A DNA stretch of 64,000 nt from an uncultured Actinomycetota bacterium (GTDB taxonomy: Bacteria > Actinomycetota > Actinomycetes > Mycobacteriales > Jatrophihabitantaceae), in contig CAVPYQ010000009.1 in the NCBI GenBank assembly GCA_963709985.1, forward strand, positions 857-64,856. Reading direction: 5' to 3'. This document shows positions 31,024 through 41,091 of the stretch, piece by piece. The notes under the pieces were generated by a model. The model was not told where the DNA came from. It saw only the letters and a list, made by a program, of their open reading frames with translations, and did not search any database. Position 1 is the first letter of the stretch; every line of letters starts with the position of its first letter. Position numbers and translations under genes: made by a program.

Positions 31024-33806
31024 ATGCAGCTACGGCTACTGGGTCCGGTCGAACTCCGGACCGACACGCTCGCCGTCGACATCGGGCCCGCCAAGCGACG
31101 TGCGGTGCTCGCTGCCCTGGCGGTGGACGCCGGGCGTCCCGTCGCGATAGACACGCTGGTCGACCGGGTGTGGCCCGAGGACTCCGTTCCCGCCGGCGCG
31201 CGCGGCGTCATCTACGCCCACGTGTCGCGGCTGCGTGATGCGGTGACCGGCGATGCCACGATGCATATCGAGCGGCAACCGGGTGGGTATGTGCTGATCG
31301 CTCCGCCGGACGCGATCGACCTCCACCGGTTCGCCGAACTCACCCGGCAAGCCGGGCGCCCGGACCACGACGACGCCAGGCGGTCCGACCTGTTAGGGCA
31401 GGCTCTGCGCCTCTGGCACGGCACGCCGCTGGCCGACATCGGCGGCGAGTGGGCCGACCGGGTTCGCGACCGGCTTGCCCGGCAGCGCATCGACATCGCC
31501 GTCGGGTGGGCCGAGGCCGAACTGCGGCTGGGACGCCCGACTGTCGTCCTGCCGGAACTGCAGGCCCTTGCCGGCGAGGACCCGCTGGCCGAGCACCTCA
31601 TCGCGACGATCATGCGCGCATTGCACGCCGACGGCCGGGACGCGCAGGCACTGAACCTGTACGCGACCACGTCCCGACTGCTCGCGGACGAGCTCGGCAC
31701 CGATCCGGGCCCGCACCTGCGACGCGCGCACGAGGTGGTGCTGCGCGCGGCCGTCGAGTCACCGCCGGCATCCCCGACGCCGGCCCAGCTTCCGCCGGGC
31801 GCTCCGGGCTTCGTCGGCCGCACGGATGAATTCGCCCAGCTCGACGCCTTGCTGGATCGCCGCGCAAAAGGTGCCGTCGTGATCGCGACGGTTTCCGGGA
31901 TGGCCGGGGTCGGAAAGACCTCCTTTGCCGTGCACTGGGCCCACCGGATCGCGCACCACTTCGACGGCCAGCTCTACGTCGACCTGCACGGCTACGACCG
32001 CGCTGGATGCGTCGAGCCGCTCAACGCGATGCGCGGGTTTCTCGAGCGCTCGGAGTCGGCCCGGACCGCGTGCCCGGCGACGTCACGCGGGCGGCGACCG
32101 TGTTGCGCAATGCCCTGGCCGGGCGGCGAATGCTCATCCTGCTCGACGACGCCCGCGACTGCGATCACGTCCGCCCGCTGCTGGCGTGCGCGCCGGGCTG
32201 CCTGATGCTGATCACCAGCCGCGACCGGCTGACCGGGTTCGTGGTCACCGAAGGCGCGCGGCCCGTGCCGCTCGCGCCGCTGCCGGACGGCGACGCGCAC
32301 GAACTGCTGGAGCAGCGCCTCGGCCGCGAACGGACCGGCGCGGAACCCGAGGCCACGCGCAACATCGTGACCCGTTGCGGCCAGTTGCCCCTTGCTCTGG
32401 CGATGGTTGCCGGACGGGCGGCGCTCCACCCGGGGTTCCCGCTGACCGCCATCGCGGCCGAACTGGTCGGCACTGCCGACGATCTCGATGCCCTGTTCGA
32501 CGACACCGGCATCGATCTGCGTTCGGTGTTCTCCCTGTCCTATGACGGGCTCGGGCCCGATGCCGCGCGACTGTTCCGCTTGCTCGGCGTCCTTCCGGCC
32601 GGGGAATTCTCGCTGCACGCAACGGCCAGCCTCGGCGGTCTCGGCCTGGCGATTACGAGGCGCACGCTCGCCGAGTTGTCGGCCGCCAGCCTGATCACCG
32701 AATTGGCGCCGGGACGTTACGCGCTGCACGACCTGCTTCGTACGTACGCCGCCGACCTGGTGTGCTCGCCGCAGTTCGCCGACGAGCGGGACGGCGCGCT
32801 CGACCGCGCGCTCGATCACTACATGCGGGCCGCTTACGCCGCCTCGCAAGTGTTGAACCCGCATCGCGATCCACTTCAGCTACCGGCGCCGCCGCCCGAC
32901 ACAATCGCCGAGCCGCCGGTCGACTACGACGGCGCGATGGGCTGGTTCGCGACGAACTGGCCGGCTCTGCGGGCGTTGGTCGAGGTGGCCGCGACGACTG
33001 GACGCGACGCCTACACCGAGCCGATCGCCTGGGCCGCGTCCACGTATTTCGAAAGAGCCGGTCTATGGCAGCCGCAGGCCGACGTGCAGCACCTCGCACT
33101 GGGAAGTGCGCAGCGCATCGGCGACCGGCTGCAGCAACTGCAGGCGCAGCGCAGCATTGCCGCGGCCTGCGCCCTGCTCGGCGATTTCGGGGTTGCCGCC
33201 GGGCATTTCCGCGACGCGCTCGAACTCGCCGAGCAGGTGGGTAACGGGGTGCTGCTGGGCCAGGTCCTGTACGGCACGGCGTGGATGCACACCATGCAGG
33301 AGAACATCGTCGAGGCGCTCGACTACGCCCGTCGCGCGCTTCGCCAGTTCCGCGCGATGGGCCACTCGTCCGGAGAGGCCCGCTGTCTCAACACGACCGG
33401 CTGGCTGCTCGCGCAGCTGGGCGGTGCTGATCAGGCGGATCAGGCCGATCAGGCCGATCAGGCCGTCGCTCACTGTGAGCACGCGCTGCGCCTGCACGAG
33501 GCGAGCGGCGACACCTACAGCACGGCCGAGACCTGGGACACCCTCGGCGTGGCCCAGCATGCGCTCGGCCACTATGACGAGGCCATCGAGAGCTTCCGCC
33601 GGTCACGGCTGCTGTGCGTCGAACTCGGCGATCGCTTCCGCGAAGCGCAGACCCTGGCGCACCTGGCGGATTCCCTTGCCGCGAAAGGCGATCGTGTTGC
33701 GGCTCGCGACATGTGGCGGCGCGCGGCCACGCTGTTCGATGAGCTCGCGCACCCCGACGCGGCCAAGATCAGGCAGCGGCTGAGCGACGAGTTGCAACTG
33801 CGTTAG
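31024..33806 (+). pseudogene. SARP (AfsR-type) regulator: OmpR-like DNA-binding + BTAD + NB-ARC + TPR; frame interrupted once (or sequencing indel)
   Basis: MQLRLLGPVEL..., BTAD region, Walker A GMAGVGKTSFA. The frame changes at ~32043 (..NAMRGFL | RALGVGPDRVPGD..) and continues into LILLDDARD and TPR repeats. Confidence 0.85.
33429..33464 (+). repeat. In-frame 9-bp tandem repeat x4 (GATCAGGCS) encoding (DQA)4 inside the SARP TPR region
   Basis: gatcaggcg gatcaggcc gatcaggcc gatcaggcc read directly. Confidence 0.9.
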
Positions 33807-33845
33807 TGTCGCGTTCCCGTTCTTGATCTTGCCTGTCGGCGGCGC

Positions 33846-36557
33846 CTAGTCCATCGTTGTCGAGTCGTCCGGGCCGTGCGGCGCCAGCCTCGCCAGTTCG
33901 GTGCGGTTGGCGATCTGCAGCTTGGCGTATATGTGCGCGAGGTGCGTCTTCACGGTGCCGCGGCTGACGAACAGGCGCGCGGCGATGTCCGGGTTGCTCA
34001 GTCCTTGCGCGGCCAGTGCCACGACGGACTGCTCGGCCGGGGTCAGGCTTGCCCAGCCCGAATCGGGGCGACGTCGCGGACCGCGCGCTCGTTGCGCGTA
34101 CGTGATCGCGTCGGCGAGGTCGAGTTCGCGTCCCTTCGCGATCGCGTCGGCCAGATCGGTACGAGCCGCAAGTGACTCCGTCTCGCGCGGCTGCCCACGG
34201 TAACCGGAGTCGGCTCGCGCGCGCTCGGCCGCGCCGATCAGGATGCCGGCCGTTTCGTCCGCACCACGATGAGCGGCCAACCGGGCGATCGATTCGAGAC
34301 TGTCGATGCAGCCGAGCACGAGGCCCCGCTCGGACTGGATGCGCAAAGCCCGGTGATGCCGATCAATTGCCGCGTCCGGGTCGGTGTCCTGCAGCAGGAT
34401 TGCGGTCTGTTCCAGTGCGCCGGAGACGATCGACGGCGCTGAATCTGCATTCCCGGCCAAGCCGTCGAGGATGCGTGCAGCCGCGTCGGTCTCGCCGGAT
34501 CGGCGCAGCGCCGTGCCGAGGACGAGCCGGGTCGAGGCCATGACCGCGTTGTCCGACGGGTCGGGCAGCCACTGGGTGGCTTGGCGGCACCACGCCGCGG
34601 CGCCCAGCGGGTCGCCGTTGGCCAGGGCGATCAGAGCGTTCGACCGCTCCCAGCCGGGGACGAGGATCGGGACGTCGGACGCGGCCACGAGCGCGTCGAT
34701 CGGCGACAGCGCGGCGGCCGCGTCATCCAGTCGGCCGCGCAGCACGAGCACCTCAGCCAGGACCGAGCGGGCGAGCCCCAGCCGATGGGCTTCGTGTAGC
34801 GGCTCGGCGGCCCGCACCGCCGCCTCGGCGGGAGCGAATGCTGCGTCAAGATCGCCGGAATACGCCGTCGCCAGGGCCAACCAGGCCAGCGCGGACGAGG
34901 CAACGCCACGGTCGGCCCGGCCGAGCAAGGCGGCGGCCGACGGCGCCAGCACGGCGATGGCCGCGGGGTACTCGTCACGCAGCAGGTGGATCAGACCGAT
35001 AAGCGCCGCGGACGCGTCGGCGACGAACGCGTCGCCGGCACCGAGCGCGTCGTCGCGGGCGCGGGCGGCTTCGGCAAAGGCCAGGTCGAGGTCGGAGGCC
35101 AGCAGGGCGACGGCGGTAAGCGATCGGGCCAGGCAACTCACGGCCGGTGCGCCTATGTCGTCGGCGAGTGCCAGCGCCTCCTGCGCGCTCTCGTAACCAT
35201 CGCGGCCCGGCTGCCGCACGTCGGCCACGAGGGCCTGCGCGACGAGGCAGCGAGCCTGCAACTCCGTGCGCGTCCCACGGCCGAGCGCGATCGCCTGCGC
35301 CAGGAAGCGCAGGCCGTCGTTGCCGCGCTCCTCGAGATGCCACAGCCAGGCAACACCGGCCGCCAGGCAACGGCCGCGGGTCGGGTCGTCGCGAGACAGC
35401 CCCCACTCGATGGCCGCGCGGATGTTGGGATAGTCGGCCCCGATGCGTTCACGCCACTCGTCCTTGTCGACGTCGAGCAGCGGCTCGGCCGCGTCGACGC
35501 GGGCCAGCAGCACGTCGAGGTGCCGCTCCCGCATCGACTCGGTCTCGCCGACCTCGTCGAGCCGAGCCATGGCGTAGGCCCGGATGGTGCCGAGAAGTTG
35601 GTAGCGGGCCACCAGCCCGGTCGTGTCCGCGACGACCAGCGACTTGTCGATCAGGCCGCGCAGATCCTTGAGCAACTGCCCGGCCGGGCGCGCGGCCGGA
35701 CCCGGGCCGGGACCGGGACCGGCGAGGGCGAGCACGGCGTCAGCGTCGAAGCCCGGCTCGAAGATCGCGAGTCGCCGGAAGAGGACCCGCTCGCGCTGGT
35801 CGAGCAGGTCGTGACTCCAGCGCATGGACGCCTCGAGCGTCCGCTGCCGGAACGGTGCGATCGGCCGGCCCGCATCGAGCAGCGCGTACGGGTCGGCGAG
35901 GGAGTCCGCGATCTGCGCAGGGGTGAGCGTGCCGACCCATCCCGCCGCCAGCTCCAGCGCGAGAGGCAGGCGGTCGAGGCGGTCGCACACCCTCCTTGAG
36001 CCGGTGCGCACGGCAGATCCGGCGTCCGGCGCGACCAGCCCGGCGCGGTCGAGGAACAACGCCAGCGCGTCGGACAGCGCCAGCTGCGGCACCCGCCAGG
36101 CCTGCTCGCCGGGCAGGCCGAGTGCGGATCGGCTCGTAGCCAGCACGCCGATCCCGGGGCATCCGGCGAGCAGCGCCCCCACAAGAGCGGCGACACCGGC
36201 GAGGACGTGCTCGCAGTTGTCCAGGACGAGCAGCATCTGCCGCTCACGCAAGGCAGCGACCAGCGCGCTCGTCGCGTCCGAACCGGCGACGTGGGCCAGG
36301 TCGAGCCCGTCGGCGACCTCGACCGCGACTGCATCCGGATCGGCCAGCCGCTCCAGGCCGATCCAGACGACACCGTCGCGCCACCGGGACGCCTGCTCAT
36401 GGCCCGCCCGAATCGCCAGGCGGGTCTTGCCGCACCCGCCGGGGCCGACCAGGGTCAGCGCCTTCCCCGGCGCGATCGCGGCGTCGATCAGGCCCAGCTC
36501 CTCGTCCCGGCCCACGAAGGACGAGAGTTCAGGCGGCAGGTGGACGATCTGACTCAT
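33846..36557 (-). CDS. LuxR-family regulator with N-terminal NB-ARC/AAA ATPase and TPR-like region
   Basis: MSQIVHLPPELSSFVGRDEEL, Walker A GPGGCGKTRLA, LLVLDNCEH. C-terminal HTH LTPAEQSVVALAAQGLSNPDIAARLFVSRGTVKTHLAHIYAKL. Confidence 0.9.
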   Translation of the reverse strand: MSQIVHLPPELSSFVGRDEELGLIDAAIAPGKALTLVGPGGCGKTRLAIRAGHEQASRWRDGVVWIGLERLADPDAVAVEVADGLDLAHVAGSDATSALVAALRERQMLLVLDNCEHVLAGVAALVGALLAGCPGIGVLATSRSALGLPGEQAWRVPQLALSDALALFLDRAGLVAPDAGSAVRTGSRRVCDRLDRLPLALELAAGWVGTLTPAQIADSLADPYALLDAGRPIAPFRQRTLEASMRWSHDLLDQRERVLFRRLAIFEPGFDADAVLALAGPGPGPGPAARPAGQLLKDLRGLIDKSLVVADTTGLVARYQLLGTIRAYAMARLDEVGETESMRERHLDVLLARVDAAEPLLDVDKDEWRERIGADYPNIRAAIEWGLSRDDPTRGRCLAAGVAWLWHLEERGNDGLRFLAQAIALGRGTRTELQARCLVAQALVADVRQPGRDGYESAQEALALADDIGAPAVSCLARSLTAVALLASDLDLAFAEAARARDDALGAGDAFVADASAALIGLIHLLRDEYPAAIAVLAPSAAALLGRADRGVASSALAWLALATAYSGDLDAAFAPAEAAVRAAEPLHEAHRLGLARSVLAEVLVLRGRLDDAAAALSPIDALVAASDVPILVPGWERSNALIALANGDPLGAAAWCRQATQWLPDPSDNAVMASTRLVLGTALRRSGETDAAARILDGLAGNADSAPSIVSGALEQTAILLQDTDPDAAIDRHHRALRIQSERGLVLGCIDSLESIARLAAHRGADETAGILIGAAERARADSGYRGQPRETESLAARTDLADAIAKGRELDLADAITYAQRARGPRRRPDSGWASLTPAEQSVVALAAQGLSNPDIAARLFVSRGTVKTHLAHIYAKLQIANRTELARLAPHGPDDSTTMD

Positions 36558-36701
36558 CCCGCGCAGTCTCTCAGCACCTCGGCCAAGTCGGCCGGGCCGT
36601 GGCGCCATATCTGCCACCTGGCAGATGTTCGCGACCGGGCGCTCGGGAGAGGCTTTCACGCAGCGGACGCCACCGGGGCGTCACGACCGGAAGGAACGAT
36701 C

Positions 36702-37313
36702 ATGACGAACACCCAGGGCAAGGCTCGCCGAGTCGTCGCCAATATCTCCTTGTCGCTCGACGGCCGCGTCAACGGCGCCGGCGGCGACTTCGACATGAGC
36801 TGGATCGTCCCGCACGCCATCACCGAAGCCGCCCGCGACCACATGGTGCGCGTCACCAGTCCGGCCACGACCGCGGTGATGGGGCGCAAGAACTTCGAGG
36901 GATTCGGCGGCTTCTGGCCGGCCGTCGCCGACGACGAGAACGCCTCCCCGCAGGACCGGGCGTTCTCGTCCTGGCTAAACGCCGTCGACAAGGTCGTCTT
37001 CTCCTCCACGCTGACCGAGTCGCCATGGGCCAACTCGCGGATCGTCAACGGCGACGTGGCTGACGAGATTCGCACGCTGCGCAAGGAGGACGGCGGCGAC
37101 ATCATCGTGCTGGCCAGCAGCAGCGTCATCCAGGCGCTGCTCGCCGCCGACGAACTCGACCGGCTCAGCATCACGCTCTGCCCGACCGTGGCCGGCGGCG
37201 GCGCCCGCCTGTTCGACGACGGCCGGCCGAGCACCGACTGGTCGCTGACGGACGTGTCAACCACCGAATCCGGCGCGATCTGCCTGATCTACGACCGGGT
37301 CCGCGCCAACTGA
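36702..37313 (+). CDS. Dihydrofolate reductase family protein (RibD C-terminal domain type), paralogue of 7973-8578
   Basis: VVANISLSLDGRV, AVMGRKNFE, IIVLASSSVIQALL, LSITLCPTVAGGGARLF. GGAAGGA RBS. Confidence 0.85.
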   Translation: MTNTQGKARRVVANISLSLDGRVNGAGGDFDMSWIVPHAITEAARDHMVRVTSPATTAVMGRKNFEGFGGFWPAVADDENASPQDRAFSSWLNAVDKVVFSSTLTESPWANSRIVNGDVADEIRTLRKEDGGDIIVLASSSVIQALLAADELDRLSITLCPTVAGGGARLFDDGRPSTDWSLTDVSTTESGAICLIYDRVRAN

Positions 37314-37327
37314 CCGACGCCCGACAG

Positions 37328-38473
37328 TCACCCGAATCGCGGAGCCCAACCGGGCATCTCCATCAACCAGGTGATGACCTCACGTGGCGACGGAAGGTGC
37401 CGCAACTGGTCTCCGATCGCCCGAGCGGTGCTGGCAAACGCGGGATCGTCCAGGAGCATCCGGACGCTCGCGGCGATGCGAGCGGCGTCGCGCTCGGACG
37501 GTGCGAGCCGCAGTCCGGCACCGAGTCGCTGTACCGCGGCGGCGTTGCTGATCTGGCTCAAGGCGTCACCCGGCAGCACCAGGTGCGGCAGCGCGTGCAT
37601 GATCGCGCCGAGCGTGCTGCCGGCGCCGCCGTGGGAGACGACCAGATCGACGCGAGGCAGTATCCGCGACTGCGGCAGGTACGCAGTCGGCGTGACGTTG
37701 GCCGGCAACTCGCCCAGTGACTGGACGGAATTGGGCCCGGTCGCCACAACAACGGACGCACAGGTGTCAGCGAGTATCCGAGCAACCGGCCTCAAGGCGT
37801 CCGGCCGGCTGAACACGGGCACCGTGCCGAACGTCAGGTAGGCGGCCGGGCGAGCCAGGTCGGGTAGCAGGACGGCAGTGTTCGGGCCGTCGAACGTGCT
37901 GGGTGCGACTTGGTGCACGCGAGTCTCTCGGGCGATGTCGCCGATCGCCGGCGTCTGGAACGGCGGCGGGCAGGCGTCGAGATAGAGGTCGCCGACCCGC
38001 CGCGCCGACGTGCCTGGCCGGTAGCGATCCCAATGCCGCTGCAGCCTTCGTCGCTCGTCCTCGCGCGCGTTCGCGGGACGGACCGGCGCCGACCAGGACT
38101 GCGTGACGCACCCGACGCCGAGGATCGCAGCGAGGAGCACGGCCGAATACTCCTGCTCCTCGTGCACGATCAGTTCCGCGCGCCAGGCCGATGTCAGGTC
38201 GAGCAGTCCGGGGAGGGCGGCCGGCACCCAGACGTCGGTGAACACGTGTTCGGTTGACTGCGGGCCGCCGTCGACGCGCCCGGCCTCCGCCGTCATCGCA
38301 TCCTGGCTGATCCCGACGGCCACCGCCTGAAGCCCGCAACGCTCTGCCCAGGGCACGAGATCCGGGCCGGTCGCAATCCGCACGTCGTGACCGGCATCGC
38401 GGGCAGCGAGAGCCAGCGCAACGATCGGGTGCAAGTGGCCGAGCGCGGGGAACGACGTGAACAGAATTCTCAT
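37328..38473 (-). CDS. GT1-family (MGT/UDP-glycosyltransferase-like) glycosyltransferase
   Basis: MRILFTSFPALGHLHPIVALA, VSHGGAGSTLGAIMHALPHLVLP. Confidence 0.85.
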   Translation of the reverse strand: MRILFTSFPALGHLHPIVALALAARDAGHDVRIATGPDLVPWAERCGLQAVAVGISQDAMTAEAGRVDGGPQSTEHVFTDVWVPAALPGLLDLTSAWRAELIVHEEQEYSAVLLAAILGVGCVTQSWSAPVRPANAREDERRRLQRHWDRYRPGTSARRVGDLYLDACPPPFQTPAIGDIARETRVHQVAPSTFDGPNTAVLLPDLARPAAYLTFGTVPVFSRPDALRPVARILADTCASVVVATGPNSVQSLGELPANVTPTAYLPQSRILPRVDLVVSHGGAGSTLGAIMHALPHLVLPGDALSQISNAAAVQRLGAGLRLAPSERDAARIAASVRMLLDDPAFASTARAIGDQLRHLPSPREVITWLMEMPGWAPRFG

Positions 38474-38585
38474 CGTCGCATCGCCTGCGCTCCTGCATGA
38501 ACCCTATTGCCGCACCCACGACGCGATGACGGTTCAGGCGGCCACGCCATAGGCGCAGGCTAAACGAATCCAGTCCGCGAACCAC

Positions 38586-39695
38586 GTGCGAGCCCCAACG
38601 ATGGGCCATGACCCGTCCGCGGATCGACGCCGGCGGCGGGGCGACCGGGGTGAGTTTGGCCGGTCGAGAACGGGACGGATCATCCGGATCTACGCGGTCC
38701 ACGGTCCGCACAAGCCGGCCGGGCCGGCTGAAGTGGCCGAATCACCCCGCAGGATCGACCATTCATGGGTGGCCTCCGAACGATCAAGTGACCGATCGAC
38801 AGCGCAGCAGCGGTTAGCCGCCAAGCGCGCTGCTGCCGAGCAGGCCCGGCTCGATGCAGCGGGGCGCCGCCGCAGGCTGCTCCTCGTCGGTGTGCCACTC
38901 GCCGTGGTGGTCGTTGCGGTGGCGGTTCTGGTGATCGTCAAAGTGGCGACCGGCTCGGCCAGCCCGAAGTCGGGACAGCAGGCATCGGTGGCACCGACCG
39001 GTGTCGTAGCCGAGGTCACCTCGGTGCCCGCGAGCGTGCTGGACGCAGTCGGTGTCGGCACCGCGAGCGTGCTACCGAAACCGATCAGCGCGCCGGCCCT
39101 GACCAGCGACGGCAAGCCGCGAGTGGTCTACATCGGCGCCGATTACTGCCCGTTCTGCGCAGCCGAACGGTGGCCGGTGGTGGTGGCGCTGTCGCGGTTC
39201 GGGACGTTCAGCAACCTCGGGCTGACCGCATCCACGCCCAGCGACGTCTTCCCGAACACCGCCAGCCTGTCCTTCCACGGCGCGAGTTACACCAGCGACT
39301 ACGTGTCATTCACCGGCAAGGAGACGCAGAGCAACCAGGTCGTCAACGGCCACTTCGCCCAACTGGACAAGCTGTCGCCCGACGACCAGGCGCTGTTCGC
39401 CAAGTACGACGCGCCGCCCTACGCGCAATCCTCCGGCGGGATCCCGTTCACCGACATCGGCGGTCGCTACCTCATCTCCGGCGCGTCCTACGACCCGCAG
39501 GTGCTGCAGGGCAAGACCCACGCCCAGATCGCCGCCGCCCTGTCCGACCCGAACTCTGCGATCACCAAGGCCGTAGCCGGATCCGCAAACCTCATCACCG
39601 CAGCCATCTGCCAGACGACCGCCAACAAACCGGCAACCGTCTGCCAATCGCGCGGAGTCACCACCGCGGCCGCGGCACTGGCCCGCCAGCAGTGA
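38586..39695 (+). CDS. DUF929 thioredoxin-like membrane-anchored protein
   Basis: One TM helix (LLLVGVPLAVVVVAVAVLVIV), then VVYIGADYCPFCAAERWPVVVALSRFGTF and IPFTDIGGRYLISGASYDP. The start is uncertain (GTG 38769 is possible). Confidence 0.8.
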   Translation: MRAPTMGHDPSADRRRRRGDRGEFGRSRTGRIIRIYAVHGPHKPAGPAEVAESPRRIDHSWVASERSSDRSTAQQRLAAKRAAAEQARLDAAGRRRRLLLVGVPLAVVVVAVAVLVIVKVATGSASPKSGQQASVAPTGVVAEVTSVPASVLDAVGVGTASVLPKPISAPALTSDGKPRVVYIGADYCPFCAAERWPVVVALSRFGTFSNLGLTASTPSDVFPNTASLSFHGASYTSDYVSFTGKETQSNQVVNGHFAQLDKLSPDDQALFAKYDAPPYAQSSGGIPFTDIGGRYLISGASYDPQVLQGKTHAQIAAALSDPNSAITKAVAGSANLITAAICQTTANKPATVCQSRGVTTAAAALARQQ

Positions 39696-39758
39696 CAACC
39701 GAAAAGCGCCCGAACGGCGTGGGCCACCCGCGCGAGCGTCCCGACACTCGCTCTCGCG

Positions 39759-40151
39759 TTGGTGGGGGTGGCCGTGTCGATCTACCTCACCATCGAGCAC
39801 TTCAGCAGCTCGACCGTGCTCGCCTGCCCGGAGAACGCGACGATCAACTGCACCAAGGTCACCAGCAGCAGCTGGTCACGCTTCGCGGGCATACCGGTCG
39901 CCGTCCTCGGGCTGGCGTATTTCGTCGGAATGGCTGTGCTGGTAACGCCGGCGGCCTGGCGCCGCCGGAGCCTCGACCCGATACGAGTCATCGGGGCCGC
40001 AGTGGGCACGGTCATGGTGATCTACCTCGTCTGGGCCGAGCTGTTCCGCATCAACGCGATCTGCCTGTGGTGCACGGTCGTCCACGTCTGCACCGTCGGA
40101 CTCCTCGCGACCATCCTCTGGTACACCAGCGCGGCGCCGTCTGAGGCCTAG
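39759..40151 (+). CDS. Vitamin K epoxide reductase (VKOR) family protein; 5' end probably frame-disrupted (see findings)
   Basis: SIYLTIEHF, CPENATINCTKV, GIPVAVLGLAYF, redox motif CLWCTVVH. Confidence 0.8.
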   Translation: MVGVAVSIYLTIEHFSSSTVLACPENATINCTKVTSSSWSRFAGIPVAVLGLAYFVGMAVLVTPAAWRRRSLDPIRVIGAAVGTVMVIYLVWAELFRINAICLWCTVVHVCTVGLLATILWYTSAAPSEA

Positions 40152-40158
40152 CGTCCCA

Positions 40159-41091
40159 TCAACAGAGGATGCTGCTTGCGTGGAAGGCGTCTGCGGCGCC
40201 GCGTATCGACGTGATGGTGCCGCCGCGCTGGTCGGGTGACGAGCCGACGAACAGCAGCACGCCGTTGCCGGACGGCACGATGATCCCGGCCGGAACGTTG
40301 CCGGCGCCGGTCCACGTGGGATCGGCGGTGAACGGCCGGGCCGTCGACCCGTAGACGGCGGCCAGCCGGCTCATGGGATCGCCGAGGCGCACTCCGGCCG
40401 AGGTCGCCACGGTTGTACCGGATCCGCCGGTGGAGCGCGTCGCGTCGAAGCAGGTGACCCCCCAGGAGAATTGCAGAACGGTTGATCCGGTAGCCGTGTG
40501 ATCGGTCGGCCGGAAGATGCCGTCGCCCGGAGAGGCCAGGCCAGTGCCCGCCGCTGCCTCGGCCTGGGCGAGGGTCATCCCGCGCGTGACGGCCCCCAGG
40601 GAGTCAGCCGTGATCACGACCAAGTTGTCGGTCCAGCGTCCGGACGGACCCGGCGGCGGCGCGCTCGTCGTGTTACTCGCGGACTTGCCGGCCGACGTCG
40701 GGCTGGTCGTGTGCGCCGCCGGGGGCACCTTGGGACGCCTCGTCGCGGTCGCCGTTGCGGTCGCGGTTGGCGTCGTGGCCTTGGCCGTTGGTGTGGATGA
40801 ACTCGTCGTCGGGCTGGGCGCGGGAGTGGGGTGAGCGGGCGGGGCGGGCCGATCGGCTTGGACGGCGGTCACGGTGGCCACCGTGGCGACGACGACGACC
40901 GCCACGGTGGCGGCGACGAGGGCCGGCGGCACCCAGCGCTTGCCCATCCAGACCTGCACCCGATGCGGTGCGCGGCGCTGGGCGGCACCGGCGATCAAGC
41001 GGTCGGCGAGGCCGGATGGTTGCGCGGCCGAGCTCGCCACGTCGGCGAGCGTGGCTCGGAGGTCCTTCTCGAAGTCGCGAAGGTCGGTCAT
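40159..41091 (-). CDS. Membrane protein downstream of an ECF sigma factor (putative anti-sigma), Pro/Thr-rich linker
   Basis: ATG 41091 overlaps the sigma gene stop (ATGA). Short cytoplasmic N-terminus, one TM helix (ALVAATVAVVVVATVATV), a PT-rich linker, and an extracytoplasmic domain. Confidence 0.65.
   Translation of the reverse strand: MTDLRDFEKDLRATLADVASSAAQPSGLADRLIAGAAQRRAPHRVQVWMGKRWVPPALVAATVAVVVVATVATVTAVQADRPAPPAHPTPAPSPTTSSSTPTAKATTPTATATATATRRPKVPPAAHTTSPTSAGKSASNTTSAPPPGPSGRWTDNLVVITADSLGAVTRGMTLAQAEAAAGTGLASPGDGIFRPTDHTATGSTVLQFSWGVTCFDATRSTGGSGTTVATSAGVRLGDPMSRLAAVYGSTARPFTADPTWTGAGNVPAGIIVPSGNGVLLFVGSSPDQRGGTITSIRGAADAFHASSILC

Noticed and set aside
28687-32205. 1172-aa ORF, the longest in the track
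   Set aside because: Only its last third (from ATG 31024) is a real gene, the SARP regulator. The first 2.3 kb runs antisense or out of frame through sugE, a methyltransferase and the lectin-NlpC/P60 gene. That part has an Arg/Pro/Gly-rich composition typical of spurious high-GC frames.
33429-33464. CRISPR-like array
   Set aside because: The units are 9 bp, directly abutting with no spacers, in frame inside a coding region. No cas genes are present anywhere in the window.
34986-36552. Several 240-340-aa plus-strand ORFs (34986-35999, 35824-36552, 34384-35196)
   Set aside because: All are antisense to the NB-ARC/TPR-LuxR regulator gene and translate to Arg/Ala/Pro low-complexity sequence.
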